Assembly (NCBI GenBank): GCA_965279515.1 | Contig: CBDIID010000003.1 | Location: forward strand, 3,072,001 to 3,136,000 | Length of the DNA stretch: 64,000 bases | Direction: 5' to 3' | Source: Turneriella sp. | GTDB lineage: Bacteria; Spirochaetota; Leptospiria; Turneriellales; Turneriellaceae | Shown: positions 38,122 through 46,191 of the stretch, piece by piece | Position numbering within the stretch: position 1 is the first letter of the stretch | Layout of the letters: the number at the start of each line of letters is the position of its first letter | Notes under the pieces: model-generated | Database searches by the model: none | The model's input: only the letters and a program-made list of their open reading frames with translations | What the model was told of the DNA's origin: nothing | Program-made: the position numbers and the translations under genes

Positions 38122-39048
38122 ATGAAAACACTTCAGATTCATGATTTTTCAAAAATTTTGGATAAATTTGATCGAAAGGATAACATGTCTTCACCAAAGA
38201 TATATGATACTGCAAAAGCTGAAAATTTCAAGAACGAATTCGAAAATTTAGCGAAGACTCTCCAAGCCGATAAATACTGCGTAGTTGGAATCGATATACT
38301 TGGTTATAGTCAATATGAATTTGAAACTCAGGCAATAATTCCACCAGTATTTAAAATACTATTGGATGAGGTCCTCAGACACCTTGTGGGTGCTGAATAT
38401 TTTCTGTTTCATTCTCACACAGAGACTGATCTGCGAAAAAAATTTATTTCTACCGGGGATGGTGGATTCTTGGTTTTGGAAAATCCTCTACAAGGTTTGA
38501 TATGTGCCCTTAAATTTGCCTCGATTCTCCATTTGTTTAATTCTTATAGTTTCTATCCAAGTATGCGCAAGTATTTAGGGGAACTTAAGGTTCGTTATTG
38601 TTTAACCTATAACTCAGTTTTTGAGTTTGAAAGTAACTTCTTTGGATCGGGCCTTATAAACAATGCTCGAATTATGTCACGCGATAAGCTTGACCGCTGT
38701 CTAATGGATAAGGATTCATATACTTGGTTCCTCGAAAAAATAAATGGTCTTGAATCTTTGCAAATATTTGACATGAAAGAAATTTCCGTAAAGCTCGGTA
38801 TTCCGATTCCTAGCCTACCGAAGGGGCCTTTTAGCTACTCAGGAATATTGAACACGCCTTTTGACAAGCCTCGGCTGCGCGCCATAGTGACCCAGAAAAT
38901 CGGATCGGTAAAAGCTAAGGCTCAATTGCTCGACGTATACAACCTGTTCGTCCAAGTATCAACCACTTATCTGGAGGAAACCACTCATGAGCCAGACAAC
39001 TATGTTGTGAATTTAGGAAATCTCAATACGGTCGGTATCGCCGATTGA
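38122..39048 (+). CDS. Soluble class III nucleotide-cyclase-like protein (cassette cargo)
   Basis: VGIDILGYS, STGDGG and FGSGLINNARIM correspond to the cyclase D, GD and G..VN.A.R motifs. Confidence 0.65.
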   Translation: MKTLQIHDFSKILDKFDRKDNMSSPKIYDTAKAENFKNEFENLAKTLQADKYCVVGIDILGYSQYEFETQAIIPPVFKILLDEVLRHLVGAEYFLFHSHTETDLRKKFISTGDGGFLVLENPLQGLICALKFASILHLFNSYSFYPSMRKYLGELKVRYCLTYNSVFEFESNFFGSGLINNARIMSRDKLDRCLMDKDSYTWFLEKINGLESLQIFDMKEISVKLGIPIPSLPKGPFSYSGILNTPFDKPRLRAIVTQKIGSVKAKAQLLDVYNLFVQVSTTYLEETTHEPDNYVVNLGNLNTVGIAD

Positions 39049-39176
39049 TGCAACGTTTGGCGCAACTTTCCAACCATGAAACAGATACGAATATTTTTTT
39101 TGGGATGCTCATTCTAAGCTGCAAAGATTCAAATGAGAACTTAACTACGCCAAAACAAAGTAAAACAAGCAAGCTT

Positions 39177-39201
39177 GCAGGTGGAATTGGCGGGGGAGGG
39201 G
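39177..39201 (+). repeat. Cassette repeat copy 2 (right half only)
   Basis: GCAGGTGGAATTGGCGGGGGAGGGG, identical to the right half of copy 5. Confidence 0.85.
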
Positions 39202-39205
39202 CGAC

Positions 39206-39499
39206 ATGAAATATCAGCTAGTGCTTCAATTTCCCGAGCCAAGGGAAGATCCTTTCGATTTTATTGAGCGCCTTAGCGAAGAGATTGAGGCAAATCTGAA
39301 GCATGTCTCAGATTTTGATGGGCATGATATTGGTCAGGGTGAAATTAATTTTTTCATTCGCACGGATTGGCCTGAAAGAGAATTTGAAAATCTCTTTAAC
39401 CTATTAGATACGAAAGAATTAAGAGCTGGCTATCGAGATTTTGATGAAGACGAGTATAAAAGTTTGTTTCCCCACGGCTCAAAATTTCAAGTTAAATGA
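39206..39499 (+). CDS. Small acidic conserved hypothetical protein (cassette cargo)
   Basis: MKYQLVLQF...DGHDIGQGEINFFI...LRAGYR; the GGAGG RBS lies within the repeat. Confidence 0.8.
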   Translation: MKYQLVLQFPEPREDPFDFIERLSEEIEANLKHVSDFDGHDIGQGEINFFIRTDWPEREFENLFNLLDTKELRAGYRDFDEDEYKSLFPHGSKFQVK

Positions 39500-39549
39500 A
39501 ATAGTCGCAGGGAGGGGGTAGCGTCAGCAATGGCCTGAGATAGACATGT

Positions 39550-39996
39550 ATGGCAAAATATACATATAGCGAGTATCCACCAACCTTAGCCGAGGCCAGC
39601 ATCCCATATGCGGAATTTTTGAAGACGCAAAATTTACCGGGCCAGATAATTTGGGTAAGGCCATCACAAATTTTAATTTGGCGCCGAACCTGTTATGTAA
39701 AGAATCCAGGTAAGAACAGCTCAGAAGTTAACGATTTGTATAAAAATAACTATAAACGCTTTGGAGCACGGGTTGATGGTCTCGGACCTTTAGATAATCA
39801 AGTAGTAGCTCAAATTACAATGCCATTAAATGATCTGACAGCCCAATATCGTCAGGTCGGGACAAGTCACTTAGGCTACAGTATGCTAGTTGAGCCCATT
39901 AGATGCAAAGCTGTGCATTCCAATCTATTCTGGCGCGTTTTGCAGATGCTTGGGGCTCGCCATTGGGAAGAAGAGCCCAACCGCTTGCTGATGTAA
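39550..39996 (+). CDS. Hypothetical protein (cassette cargo)
   Basis: 148 aa AT-rich ORF. Confidence 0.65.
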   Translation: MAKYTYSEYPPTLAEASIPYAEFLKTQNLPGQIIWVRPSQILIWRRTCYVKNPGKNSSEVNDLYKNNYKRFGARVDGLGPLDNQVVAQITMPLNDLTAQYRQVGTSHLGYSMLVEPIRCKAVHSNLFWRVLQMLGARHWEEEPNRLLM

Positions 39997-40057
39997 GATC
40001 GAGGCACGACTACAATCAATACGCGCCAGTAGCGGAGAGCTCACGCAGAGTTTTTCC

Positions 40058-40114
40058 AATCGTAGTTTACCGGCCACCGTGTGTGGGCGCGGGTGGACTG
40101 GCGGGGGGGGGGGG
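40058..40114 (+). repeat. Cassette repeat copy 3, with a G12 tract
   Basis: AATCGTAGTTTACCGGCCACCGTGTGTGGGCGCGGGTGGACTGGC followed by 12 G. Confidence 0.92.
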
Positions 40115-40141
40115 CGAAACCCCCAAGAAAGATAGAACAAC

Positions 40142-40390
40142 ATGAGTGAAATAATTCAAGCCCATCAGTATTCAACTAATAACAGAAAATTAATTGAAAA
40201 TAGCTCACTTTGTGGTTGTTATTATTGTAAAAAAATATATTCAGCGGTAGAAGTTACAGATTACTTAGCGGAAGGCTCTGGTACTGCGCTTTGTCCGAAA
40301 TGCGGTATCGATTCTGTTTTACCTGATAAGAGCGGCTTTCAAATAACAAAGGATTTTTTGAAGTCAATGCATGCGTATTGGTTCTCATAG
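40142..40390 (+). CDS. Small Zn-ribbon-like conserved hypothetical protein (cassette cargo)
   Basis: CGCYYC and TALCPKCGIDSV motifs. Confidence 0.8.
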   Translation: MSEIIQAHQYSTNNRKLIENSSLCGCYYCKKIYSAVEVTDYLAEGSGTALCPKCGIDSVLPDKSGFQITKDFLKSMHAYWFS

Positions 40391-40404
40391 GAATAGGATA
40401 TTCC

Positions 40405-40454
40405 GATCGTGGTTTACCGGCCGCGGGACGTGGGCGCGGGTGGATTGGCGGGGG
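40405..40454 (+). repeat. Cassette repeat copy 4
   Basis: GATCGTGGTTTACCGGCCGCGGGACGTGGGCGCGGGTGGATTGGCGGGGG. Confidence 0.92.
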
Positions 40455-40498
40455 CGTCAGATTCGGCGGCTCAATTCCAGTAACCAGGGAGGTTGGTT

Positions 40499-41344
40499 TT
40501 GTCAGAAAAATACATTCAGAAAAATGACCCAAATTTAGTCCGTGAAGTCGGTATTTGCCGGGATATCCTGGAATCCATGCGACAAAGCGGATTGAAAGAT
40601 TTAGCAATCACCAATGTGGACTTCAATTTTACCTCCGATGATAAAGAAGAGCTGAAGGGTCTACAGGCCGACTTGGCTGCTGAATTCAAATTTAAAGTCG
40701 ATTACCTGAAATCCATCGCAACAATACGTCGCGAATATGAGCTTTCCATAGAAATGCAAGGTGTTATCATCAGCGATGACCTTTTAATTTTTCTCATTGG
40801 CTACCTATTCACGAAAGCCTTGAACCATAACTGCTGTTTCGGTGACTGGGGCGCAAGCGTCTCAGATAAAATCTATGACTTAAAGGTGGCGACGAAGGAT
40901 GCATTACAAGATAAAGGGTATGAGTATTATCATGGACAACGATTTTACCTCGCTTACCAGTCTTTTTATCTAGCCAACTTAAAAAAAGCCACTGCCGAAC
41001 TGGAGTTCAATCTGGGATGCCTTAAGTATGATTATGGTTTTCGGGGTGATGCAACCGACCATTTTACAAATGCCATTACTATAGATCCGAAAAATCTAAC
41101 GCCATATCTCAACCGCGGCGTTGCTTATTACGATATGCAAGAATATGAAAAAGCCATTTCAGACTATCAGATGGCAACGCGCGATGAGCCCAAGAACCCT
41201 AGCCCGTACATCAATTTGGGGAATGCTTATATCAAGCTCGGAAACAAGGACTTGGCAATCCAAAATTATGACAAGGCGATTGCCTTAGGCGCTGAAGATG
41301 GGCCGAAGATTAAGGCCCATGGACTTAGCCAAATTCAGCTTTGA
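40499..41344 (+). CDS. TPR protein with a possible RraB-like N-terminal domain (cassette cargo)
   Basis: GGAGG 6 nt before TTG 40499; VDFNF...FGDWG; TPR motifs YLNRGVAYY and YINLGNAY. Confidence 0.78.
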   Translation: MSEKYIQKNDPNLVREVGICRDILESMRQSGLKDLAITNVDFNFTSDDKEELKGLQADLAAEFKFKVDYLKSIATIRREYELSIEMQGVIISDDLLIFLIGYLFTKALNHNCCFGDWGASVSDKIYDLKVATKDALQDKGYEYYHGQRFYLAYQSFYLANLKKATAELEFNLGCLKYDYGFRGDATDHFTNAITIDPKNLTPYLNRGVAYYDMQEYEKAISDYQMATRDEPKNPSPYINLGNAYIKLGNKDLAIQNYDKAIALGAEDGPKIKAHGLSQIQL

Positions 41345-41904
41345 TGAACTCAATCCGTATTGAAACAAAGAGATTGATCCTACGCACCTGGCAGCGCGAA
41401 GATCTGAGTGATTTCGCGGCTATGAACGCAGATCCCGATGTGATGCGGTTTTTCCCGGCGCCGCTGACGGCAAACGAATCCGGGTTGTTATTTGAAAGAC
41501 TGATTCGCCATTTCGAACTGAAAGGCTTCGGTCTATTTGCGCTTGAACTGAAATCAAGGCCAGGTTTGATTGGATTTACTGGCTTATCAACGGTGACCTT
41601 TACCGCACCGTTTGGCGAAGATATTGAATTAGGGTGGCGCATCATGCGCGAATACCAAGGGAATGGTTATGCAACCGAGGCCGCAAATGCGGCAAAGAAT
41701 TACGGGTTCGATGTATTGGGTCTCAAATCGCTTGTGGCATTTACTGTGCCAACGAACTTGCCATCCCGAAGGGTCATGGAGAAAATCGGCATGGTTCATA
41801 ACCCTGACGATGATTTTGATCACCCGAGAGTCCCTGAGCATCATCCGCTAAGGCGGCATGTGCTGTATAGAGTTGGGGCAACGAGTTCGGCTATTTCGCT
41901 CTGA
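41344..41904 (+). CDS. RimJ/RimL-type GNAT N-acetyltransferase (cassette cargo)
   Basis: IETKRLILR, ELGWR, QGNGYATEAA, NLPSRRVMEKIGM, HVLYR; its TGA lies at the left edge of repeat copy 5. Confidence 0.92.
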   Translation: MNSIRIETKRLILRTWQREDLSDFAAMNADPDVMRFFPAPLTANESGLLFERLIRHFELKGFGLFALELKSRPGLIGFTGLSTVTFTAPFGEDIELGWRIMREYQGNGYATEAANAAKNYGFDVLGLKSLVAFTVPTNLPSRRVMEKIGMVHNPDDDFDHPRVPEHHPLRRHVLYRVGATSSAISL

Positions 41905-41961
41905 TCGTAGTTTACTGGCTACGGGGTGTGGGCGCAGGTGGAATTGGCGGGGGAGGGGGGG
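41903..41961 (+). repeat. Cassette repeat copy 5
   Basis: GATCGTAGTTTACTGGCTACGGGGTGTGGGCGCAGGTGGAATTGGCGGGGGAGGGGGGG. Confidence 0.92.
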
Positions 41962-41980
41962 AAAGCCTCGGGAAGATATT

Positions 41981-42397
41981 TTGAGACTAAATATTCATAC
42001 AGTTTACATTCATTTTGTTGATGGCGTTGAGGCATTTCGGCCAGTCAAAGCTTTGGTTGATTTGCAAGGTTGCTCACAGATATTACCAACTGCAGATTAC
42101 GACCCAACAGATAGGACAGAATTATGGTCTTTCAGACCTGGGGATAAGGTTCTGGTAAGAAATCAAGAATTCGGTAAAGACAAGACGATCGGCGATCTTG
42201 CTTACGCGCCATATAGAGAAGCCGAACAAATAAAGGACCTGAATTGGTTCCTCTATAATTTAGTGTTAGAAAAAATCCAGCTCGGCAAACCGATTCAAGA
42301 ATCTCACGCTGATTTTATTAACCAAATTAGAAACGATTTGGCACAGGGCATTTTTCATTATCCGGTCATCAAGGAAAAGATTCAGGATTTAGGATAG
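41981..42397 (+). CDS. Hypothetical protein (cassette cargo), TTG start inferred
   Basis: AT-rich ORF with FRPVKA and ELWSFRPGDKV motifs. Confidence 0.65.
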   Translation: MRLNIHTVYIHFVDGVEAFRPVKALVDLQGCSQILPTADYDPTDRTELWSFRPGDKVLVRNQEFGKDKTIGDLAYAPYREAEQIKDLNWFLYNLVLEKIQLGKPIQESHADFINQIRNDLAQGIFHYPVIKEKIQDLG

Positions 42398-42463
42398 TAC
42401 CTTGAACCGGGGCCTTAAGATGACAAAAAATGCCGCGATTACTGTGGTGGCTGGCTCCCGCCC

Positions 42464-42516
42464 GATCGTAGTTTACCGGACACGGGATATGGGTGTGGTG
42501 GGATTGGCGGGAGGAG
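42464..42516 (+). repeat. Cassette repeat copy 6
   Basis: GATCGTAGTTTACCGGACACGGGATATGGGTGTGGTGGGATTGGCGGGAGGAG. Confidence 0.88.
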
Positions 42517-42551
42517 CGTTGACCCCCAGCAGCCATACTAGGAGAATATTC

Positions 42552-43079
42552 ATGCAAGAATCAACTGAAGTTAAGATATTAGCTGGTGGTCCGCGAGCAG
42601 CAGTTATTAGCATTTTGACATTGGGCTTACTTGGAATATTCCTAAGATTCGCTTCGAGTAACTTTAATCCTCAAAACGAAATACCAGAAATTATGTTCCG
42701 CATCATTCTTCTTGCGCCATTTGCTTGGCTATTACTTAAACCTTCAAAGATCGCCTATCAAGGTGTTTTAGCCGTATTCGGAGTAAATTTACTGATCAGT
42801 TTAATAATCACCATCCAGGCTCCGACGCCGATAATCATCGTCCCTTTAATAATGCAGACAGTATTAGGCATTTATCTTTTCTCATCTTACGCACAGGCTT
42901 TTAGTACGAAGTCAAAAAATACGGTTAAGCGCATTTATGCGCAGGCCCGGGAGGCTGAATCGAAAAAGCAGTATTTGGAAGCTAAGAATCTATACGCGCA
43001 GGTAGTGACAGAGTATCCTGGCACCTTGGAGGCCGAACTCGCTGCGGAATGTTTGCAACATTTGCCGCCAACCGTTTGA
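42552..43079 (+). CDS. 4-TM membrane protein with a C-terminal TPR-like motif (cassette cargo)
   Basis: AGGAG RBS before ATG 42552; four hydrophobic segments; AKNLYAQVVTEYPGTLEA. Confidence 0.72.
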   Translation: MQESTEVKILAGGPRAAVISILTLGLLGIFLRFASSNFNPQNEIPEIMFRIILLAPFAWLLLKPSKIAYQGVLAVFGVNLLISLIITIQAPTPIIIVPLIMQTVLGIYLFSSYAQAFSTKSKNTVKRIYAQAREAESKKQYLEAKNLYAQVVTEYPGTLEAELAAECLQHLPPTV

Positions 43080-43117
43080 GTCTTCTAAGCTTAATTGGAA
43101 AGATTGCTAACAGAGAA

Positions 43118-43918
43118 ATGAAATTCTTAGTTTTGATAATTCTGATCATAATGCAAGTGCCAGCCTGCTCGAAACCACCTAAAACGGAGCCATTCGAGTG
43201 CAAGTGCTATTACAGATTTAGCTCGAATGACGTGAAACAAGTCCCTTTCGATCCCGACAAGAGTCACTCACTGTACGAAAAGCAAGAGTATGATAAACTT
43301 ATGGATTTGTGTCTTGCGTATGAAAAGCCCAGCCGTGAAGCGATTGGATGGCTCGCCGAAGCTTCCTTTGCGATCGCAGAGATAGGAGCTGGAAATGGGG
43401 TGCCCAATGGTTCACCGGAGATATACCTTGATAGCGCGTCTGATGAAATAGCTCACGATTATAGCCATGCAACAGAACGCCCCGCTCATTATTGGCCCAA
43501 GGAAATACGGTTCCGCTATGGTGCTTTAGCCATTTGCGCAACATCGTGTTATGCAGAGACAACAAACCCTGAGGACGAAAATTATTCTGAATACCAGAAA
43601 AGGCTACTCGTAGTCTTAATACGAACCAAGCAGTATGGTGAAATTCACAATTTCATAAAATCTGCAAAAGCATCGGGCATGTTGAAGAGATTGGATGCAA
43701 CTTTTTTTCTGGACCTTGGTTCTCAATTCATTAAGTTAAGTGACCTTATTGAAGGAGTTCGATACATTAAATTCCTGCATAAACACATTCCACAACAGAA
43801 AAATCAATTAACTTATTGGCGTAAGTTATTCTTATACGCGGCGGAGCATGACCAAAGACTCGGCGTTATGCAAAGAAATCATGCAAAATCAGAAATCGAT
43901 AAAACATTTCCGCAGTAG
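43118..43918 (+). CDS. Hypothetical lipoprotein (cassette cargo)
   Basis: MKFLVLIILIIMQVPA-C leader. Confidence 0.7.
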   Translation: MKFLVLIILIIMQVPACSKPPKTEPFECKCYYRFSSNDVKQVPFDPDKSHSLYEKQEYDKLMDLCLAYEKPSREAIGWLAEASFAIAEIGAGNGVPNGSPEIYLDSASDEIAHDYSHATERPAHYWPKEIRFRYGALAICATSCYAETTNPEDENYSEYQKRLLVVLIRTKQYGEIHNFIKSAKASGMLKRLDATFFLDLGSQFIKLSDLIEGVRYIKFLHKHIPQQKNQLTYWRKLFLYAAEHDQRLGVMQRNHAKSEIDKTFPQ

Positions 43919-43940
43919 CCAATCTGATCGGGCTCGTTTT

Positions 43941-43996
43941 GATCGTAGTTTACTAACCACACGGTATGGGCGCGGGTGGATTGGCGGGGGAGAGGG
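43941..43996 (+). repeat. Cassette repeat copy 7
   Basis: GATCGTAGTTTACTAACCACACGGTATGGGCGCGGGTGGATTGGCGGGGGAGAGGG. Confidence 0.92.
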
Positions 43997-44006
43997 TAAG
44001 ACTCGA

Positions 44007-44420
44007 ATGATAAATCTCCTGAAATTCCTAAAGAGACTTTGGCCAAAGGAGAAAGAACTTTGGACTGAAGAAAAGAGCGAGGCTAAACAATGTCTCCATT
44101 GCGGTCGGCTCGGTTCGGGCTATCGAATAAGCTCCCCCGGTCAACTTGCGGAGACAATATTAATTCTGCAAGAGATGCTTAACGACCAAACGCTATCAGA
44201 GGTGCCAAATCTGAAAGGCATGGTTCAGAAGCACAACAAACCATTTGGCCGCGTGTCTGCACGAGGAAAGTGGGAGGATACGCTTATCTACGATTTCGAA
44301 TGTAAGCACTGCCATGATTTTTTTCATTTGGGAGTAGATACCTACCATGGAGGCGGTGGTAGATTGAAGAGAATAGGTCCAGAAATCCAGTATGATAGAT
44401 ATGGTAATACGCTTGCTTAG
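44007..44420 (+). CDS. Hypothetical protein with two CxxC motifs (cassette cargo)
   Basis: CLHC; FECKHC...LGVDTYHGGGG. Confidence 0.72.
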   Translation: MINLLKFLKRLWPKEKELWTEEKSEAKQCLHCGRLGSGYRISSPGQLAETILILQEMLNDQTLSEVPNLKGMVQKHNKPFGRVSARGKWEDTLIYDFECKHCHDFFHLGVDTYHGGGGRLKRIGPEIQYDRYGNTLA

Positions 44421-44433
44421 AATGCTCATTTAC

Positions 44434-44484
44434 GATCCGGGTTTACCCGGCACGGCGCGTGGGCGCGGGCGGAATTGGCGGGGG
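44434..44484 (+). repeat. Cassette repeat copy 8
   Basis: GATCCGGGTTTACCCGGCACGGCGCGTGGGCGCGGGCGGAATTGGCGGGGG. Confidence 0.9.
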
Positions 44485-44503
44485 AAGCGGAATTACATAA
44501 ACT

Positions 44504-44776
44504 ATGAACCCAAATAAAATGCCGGTTCTGAGTTTTTGGCCGCGCTTCTTTTTGGATTTATTGGCAGCCGTTACGATGACTATTGTTGGTATGTGGGGAA
44601 CATACCTGTTCTCACTTTCTGACTTCTGGCCCTCTCTTCGCCATCCTGGCGGGGGGCAACACAGTGACCTTAGGGATTTAGTTGAAAACCATTACTGGCT
44701 TATAATTTTAATCGGTACAGTCACTCTTACTTATTATCAACAAGCCAGAAGGCGAAAATCAGGTACGCAGAAATAA
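44504..44776 (+). CDS. Small 2-TM membrane protein (cassette cargo)
   Basis: Two hydrophobic segments and a basic tail. Confidence 0.6.
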   Translation: MNPNKMPVLSFWPRFFLDLLAAVTMTIVGMWGTYLFSLSDFWPSLRHPGGGQHSDLRDLVENHYWLIILIGTVTLTYYQQARRRKSGTQK

Positions 44777-44863
44777 TTGTGCAACTTTGATGCATGTAGG
44801 GTGATGTGCCAAGCCTCCCGCACAGTAGCGGTAACCTTGGCCGGGCGCCTAGACCACTTTTTC

Positions 44864-44896
44864 TTGACGATGCGCTTGTTGTACAATAAATTGTAC
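44864..44896 (+). promoter_or_regulatory. sigma70-type promoter and operator of yefM-yoeB
   Basis: TTGACG (44864) - 17 bp - TAAATT (44887); palindromes TTGTACAA (44879-44886) and GTACAA-taaa-TTGTAC (44881-44896). TGTACA is the E. coli yefM operator core. Confidence 0.75.
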
Positions 44897-44899
44897 CTA

Positions 44900-45148
44900 A
44901 TGGAAGCCGTATCTTACAGCGATCTCCGGAAAAATCTCAAGAAGTACATGGATGATGTATACACAGGCCATTATCCCCTGATCATTACGAGAAAAAATGA
45001 TGAGAATGTTGTCATGATTTCTTTAGATGAGTTTAACGCCTTACAAGAAACCAACTATCTCCTGGCATCAGACGCGAATGCAAAACATCTCAAAAAATCT
45101 ATATCACAGCATAAATCCGGCAAGTTGAAACAAATCAAGATTGCTTGA
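44900..45148 (+). CDS. yefM: Phd/YefM antitoxin
   Basis: YSDLRKNLK, PLIITR, VVMISLDEFNALQETNYLL..ANAKHL. Confidence 0.93.
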   Translation: MEAVSYSDLRKNLKKYMDDVYTGHYPLIITRKNDENVVMISLDEFNALQETNYLLASDANAKHLKKSISQHKSGKLKQIKIA

Positions 45149-45405
45149 TGAATGTTTTATTTACGGACGCCGGTTGGCAGGACTACATTTACTGGCAAAC
45201 GGAAGATCGAAAGACTTTAAAGAGAATCAATGATCTTATTAGAGATATCAAACGATCGCCTTATGAAGGCATCGGAAAACCAGAACCGTTGAAGCATCAA
45301 CTACAAGGGTATTGGTCCCGCAGAATTGATCCGGAACATCGGCTTGTTTACCAGGCTGAGGGCAATAAGACACTGATTATCATTGCCTGTCGTTATCATT
45401 ACTAA
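45148..45405 (+). CDS. yoeB: Txe/YoeB toxin
   Basis: WQDYIYWQ, GIGKPEPLK, WSRRID.EHRLVY, CRYHY. Confidence 0.95.
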   Translation: MNVLFTDAGWQDYIYWQTEDRKTLKRINDLIRDIKRSPYEGIGKPEPLKHQLQGYWSRRIDPEHRLVYQAEGNKTLIIIACRYHY

Positions 45406-45449
45406 GTCAGCACTGCGGTCAGCGGCAGCGAGTCGAGGAGTATGGCACC

Positions 45450-45501
45450 AATCGGCATTTCACGGCCACGGGGTGTGAGCGCGGGTGGAATTGGCGGGGG
45501 G
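45450..45501 (+). repeat. Cassette repeat copy 9
   Basis: AATCGGCATTTCACGGCCACGGGGTGTGAGCGCGGGTGGAATTGGCGGGGGG. Confidence 0.88.
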
Positions 45502-45567
45502 ACGTAAATCCAAGAGCTATTTTCCTGAAATATTGCCGCGAGTCTGAAAATAGTCGACATTCCATAC

Positions 45568-45586
45568 GTATATTGTAAACATATAC
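45568..45586. promoter_or_regulatory. Probable brnTA operator
   Basis: GTATAT-N7-ATATAC inverted repeat abutting ATG 45587; TCGACA -35-like box at 45554. Confidence 0.55.
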
Positions 45587-45886
45587 ATGATAATTCCTGA
45601 TTTTGAAGCCGTGGAAGGCTTTGAATGGGGCAAAGGGAATGTAGACAAAAATTATGATAAGTACCAGGTTACAAATCTTGAATGCGAAGAAATTTTCATG
45701 AACGAACCGCTGCTGATATTTTCAGACGATTTGCACTCAAATAACGAAGACCGATACACTGCCTTTGGCAAAACAAACCACTTTCGGTTTCTCGCATTGA
45801 CTTTCATTCTAAGAAAGAACCGAATTCGTGTTGTTTCAGCGCGCGATATGTCAGCGAAGGAGAAAAAGCAATATGAAAACACTTAA
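45587..45886 (+). CDS. BrnT family toxin
   Basis: GFEW..GN..KN, ECEEIF, HS..EDRY..FGKT, IRVVSARDM. Confidence 0.9.
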   Translation: MIIPDFEAVEGFEWGKGNVDKNYDKYQVTNLECEEIFMNEPLLIFSDDLHSNNEDRYTAFGKTNHFRFLALTFILRKNRIRVVSARDMSAKEKKQYENT

Positions 45887-46148
45887 AAAAATGCCCAAAT
45901 TCAAGACTGAGGATGCAGAGAGAGAATTTTGGGCAAAGAACGACTTTACTGACTTTCTGGATTTTTCGAAAGGCATCAAGGCTAAATTTCCCAACCTAAA
46001 ACCTTCGACCCAGACCATTTCGCTGCGATTGCCGGAGTCACTACTGACCGATATCAAAGTTTTAGCGAACAGGCAAGACGTGCCTTACCAGTCCTATATC
46101 AAAATGCTTTTAGCGGAGAAGATTGCGGAAAAGCTTCGTAAGCGATGA
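45873..46148 (+). CDS. BrnA/CopG-like antitoxin
   Basis: PKFKTE..EREFW, ISLRLP, DVPYQSYIK. Confidence 0.9.
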   Translation: MKTLKKMPKFKTEDAEREFWAKNDFTDFLDFSKGIKAKFPNLKPSTQTISLRLPESLLTDIKVLANRQDVPYQSYIKMLLAEKIAEKLRKR

Positions 46149-46191
46149 TTTAGGGCCACAGCATTCACCAATCTCGATCCAATTCGCTTCC

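Noticed and set aside
39506..39523. Possible eleventh repeat remnant (CGCAGGGAGGGGGTAGCG)
   Set aside because: It lies at a gene boundary but is too short and low-complexity to call.
39903..44006. ORF-track N-terminal extensions and small ORFs crossing the repeats (39903, 39925, 40254, 41858, 42402, 43848)
   Set aside because: They are translations of the repeat itself (IVVYR, HPRP, GGGG); better starts lie downstream of each repeat.
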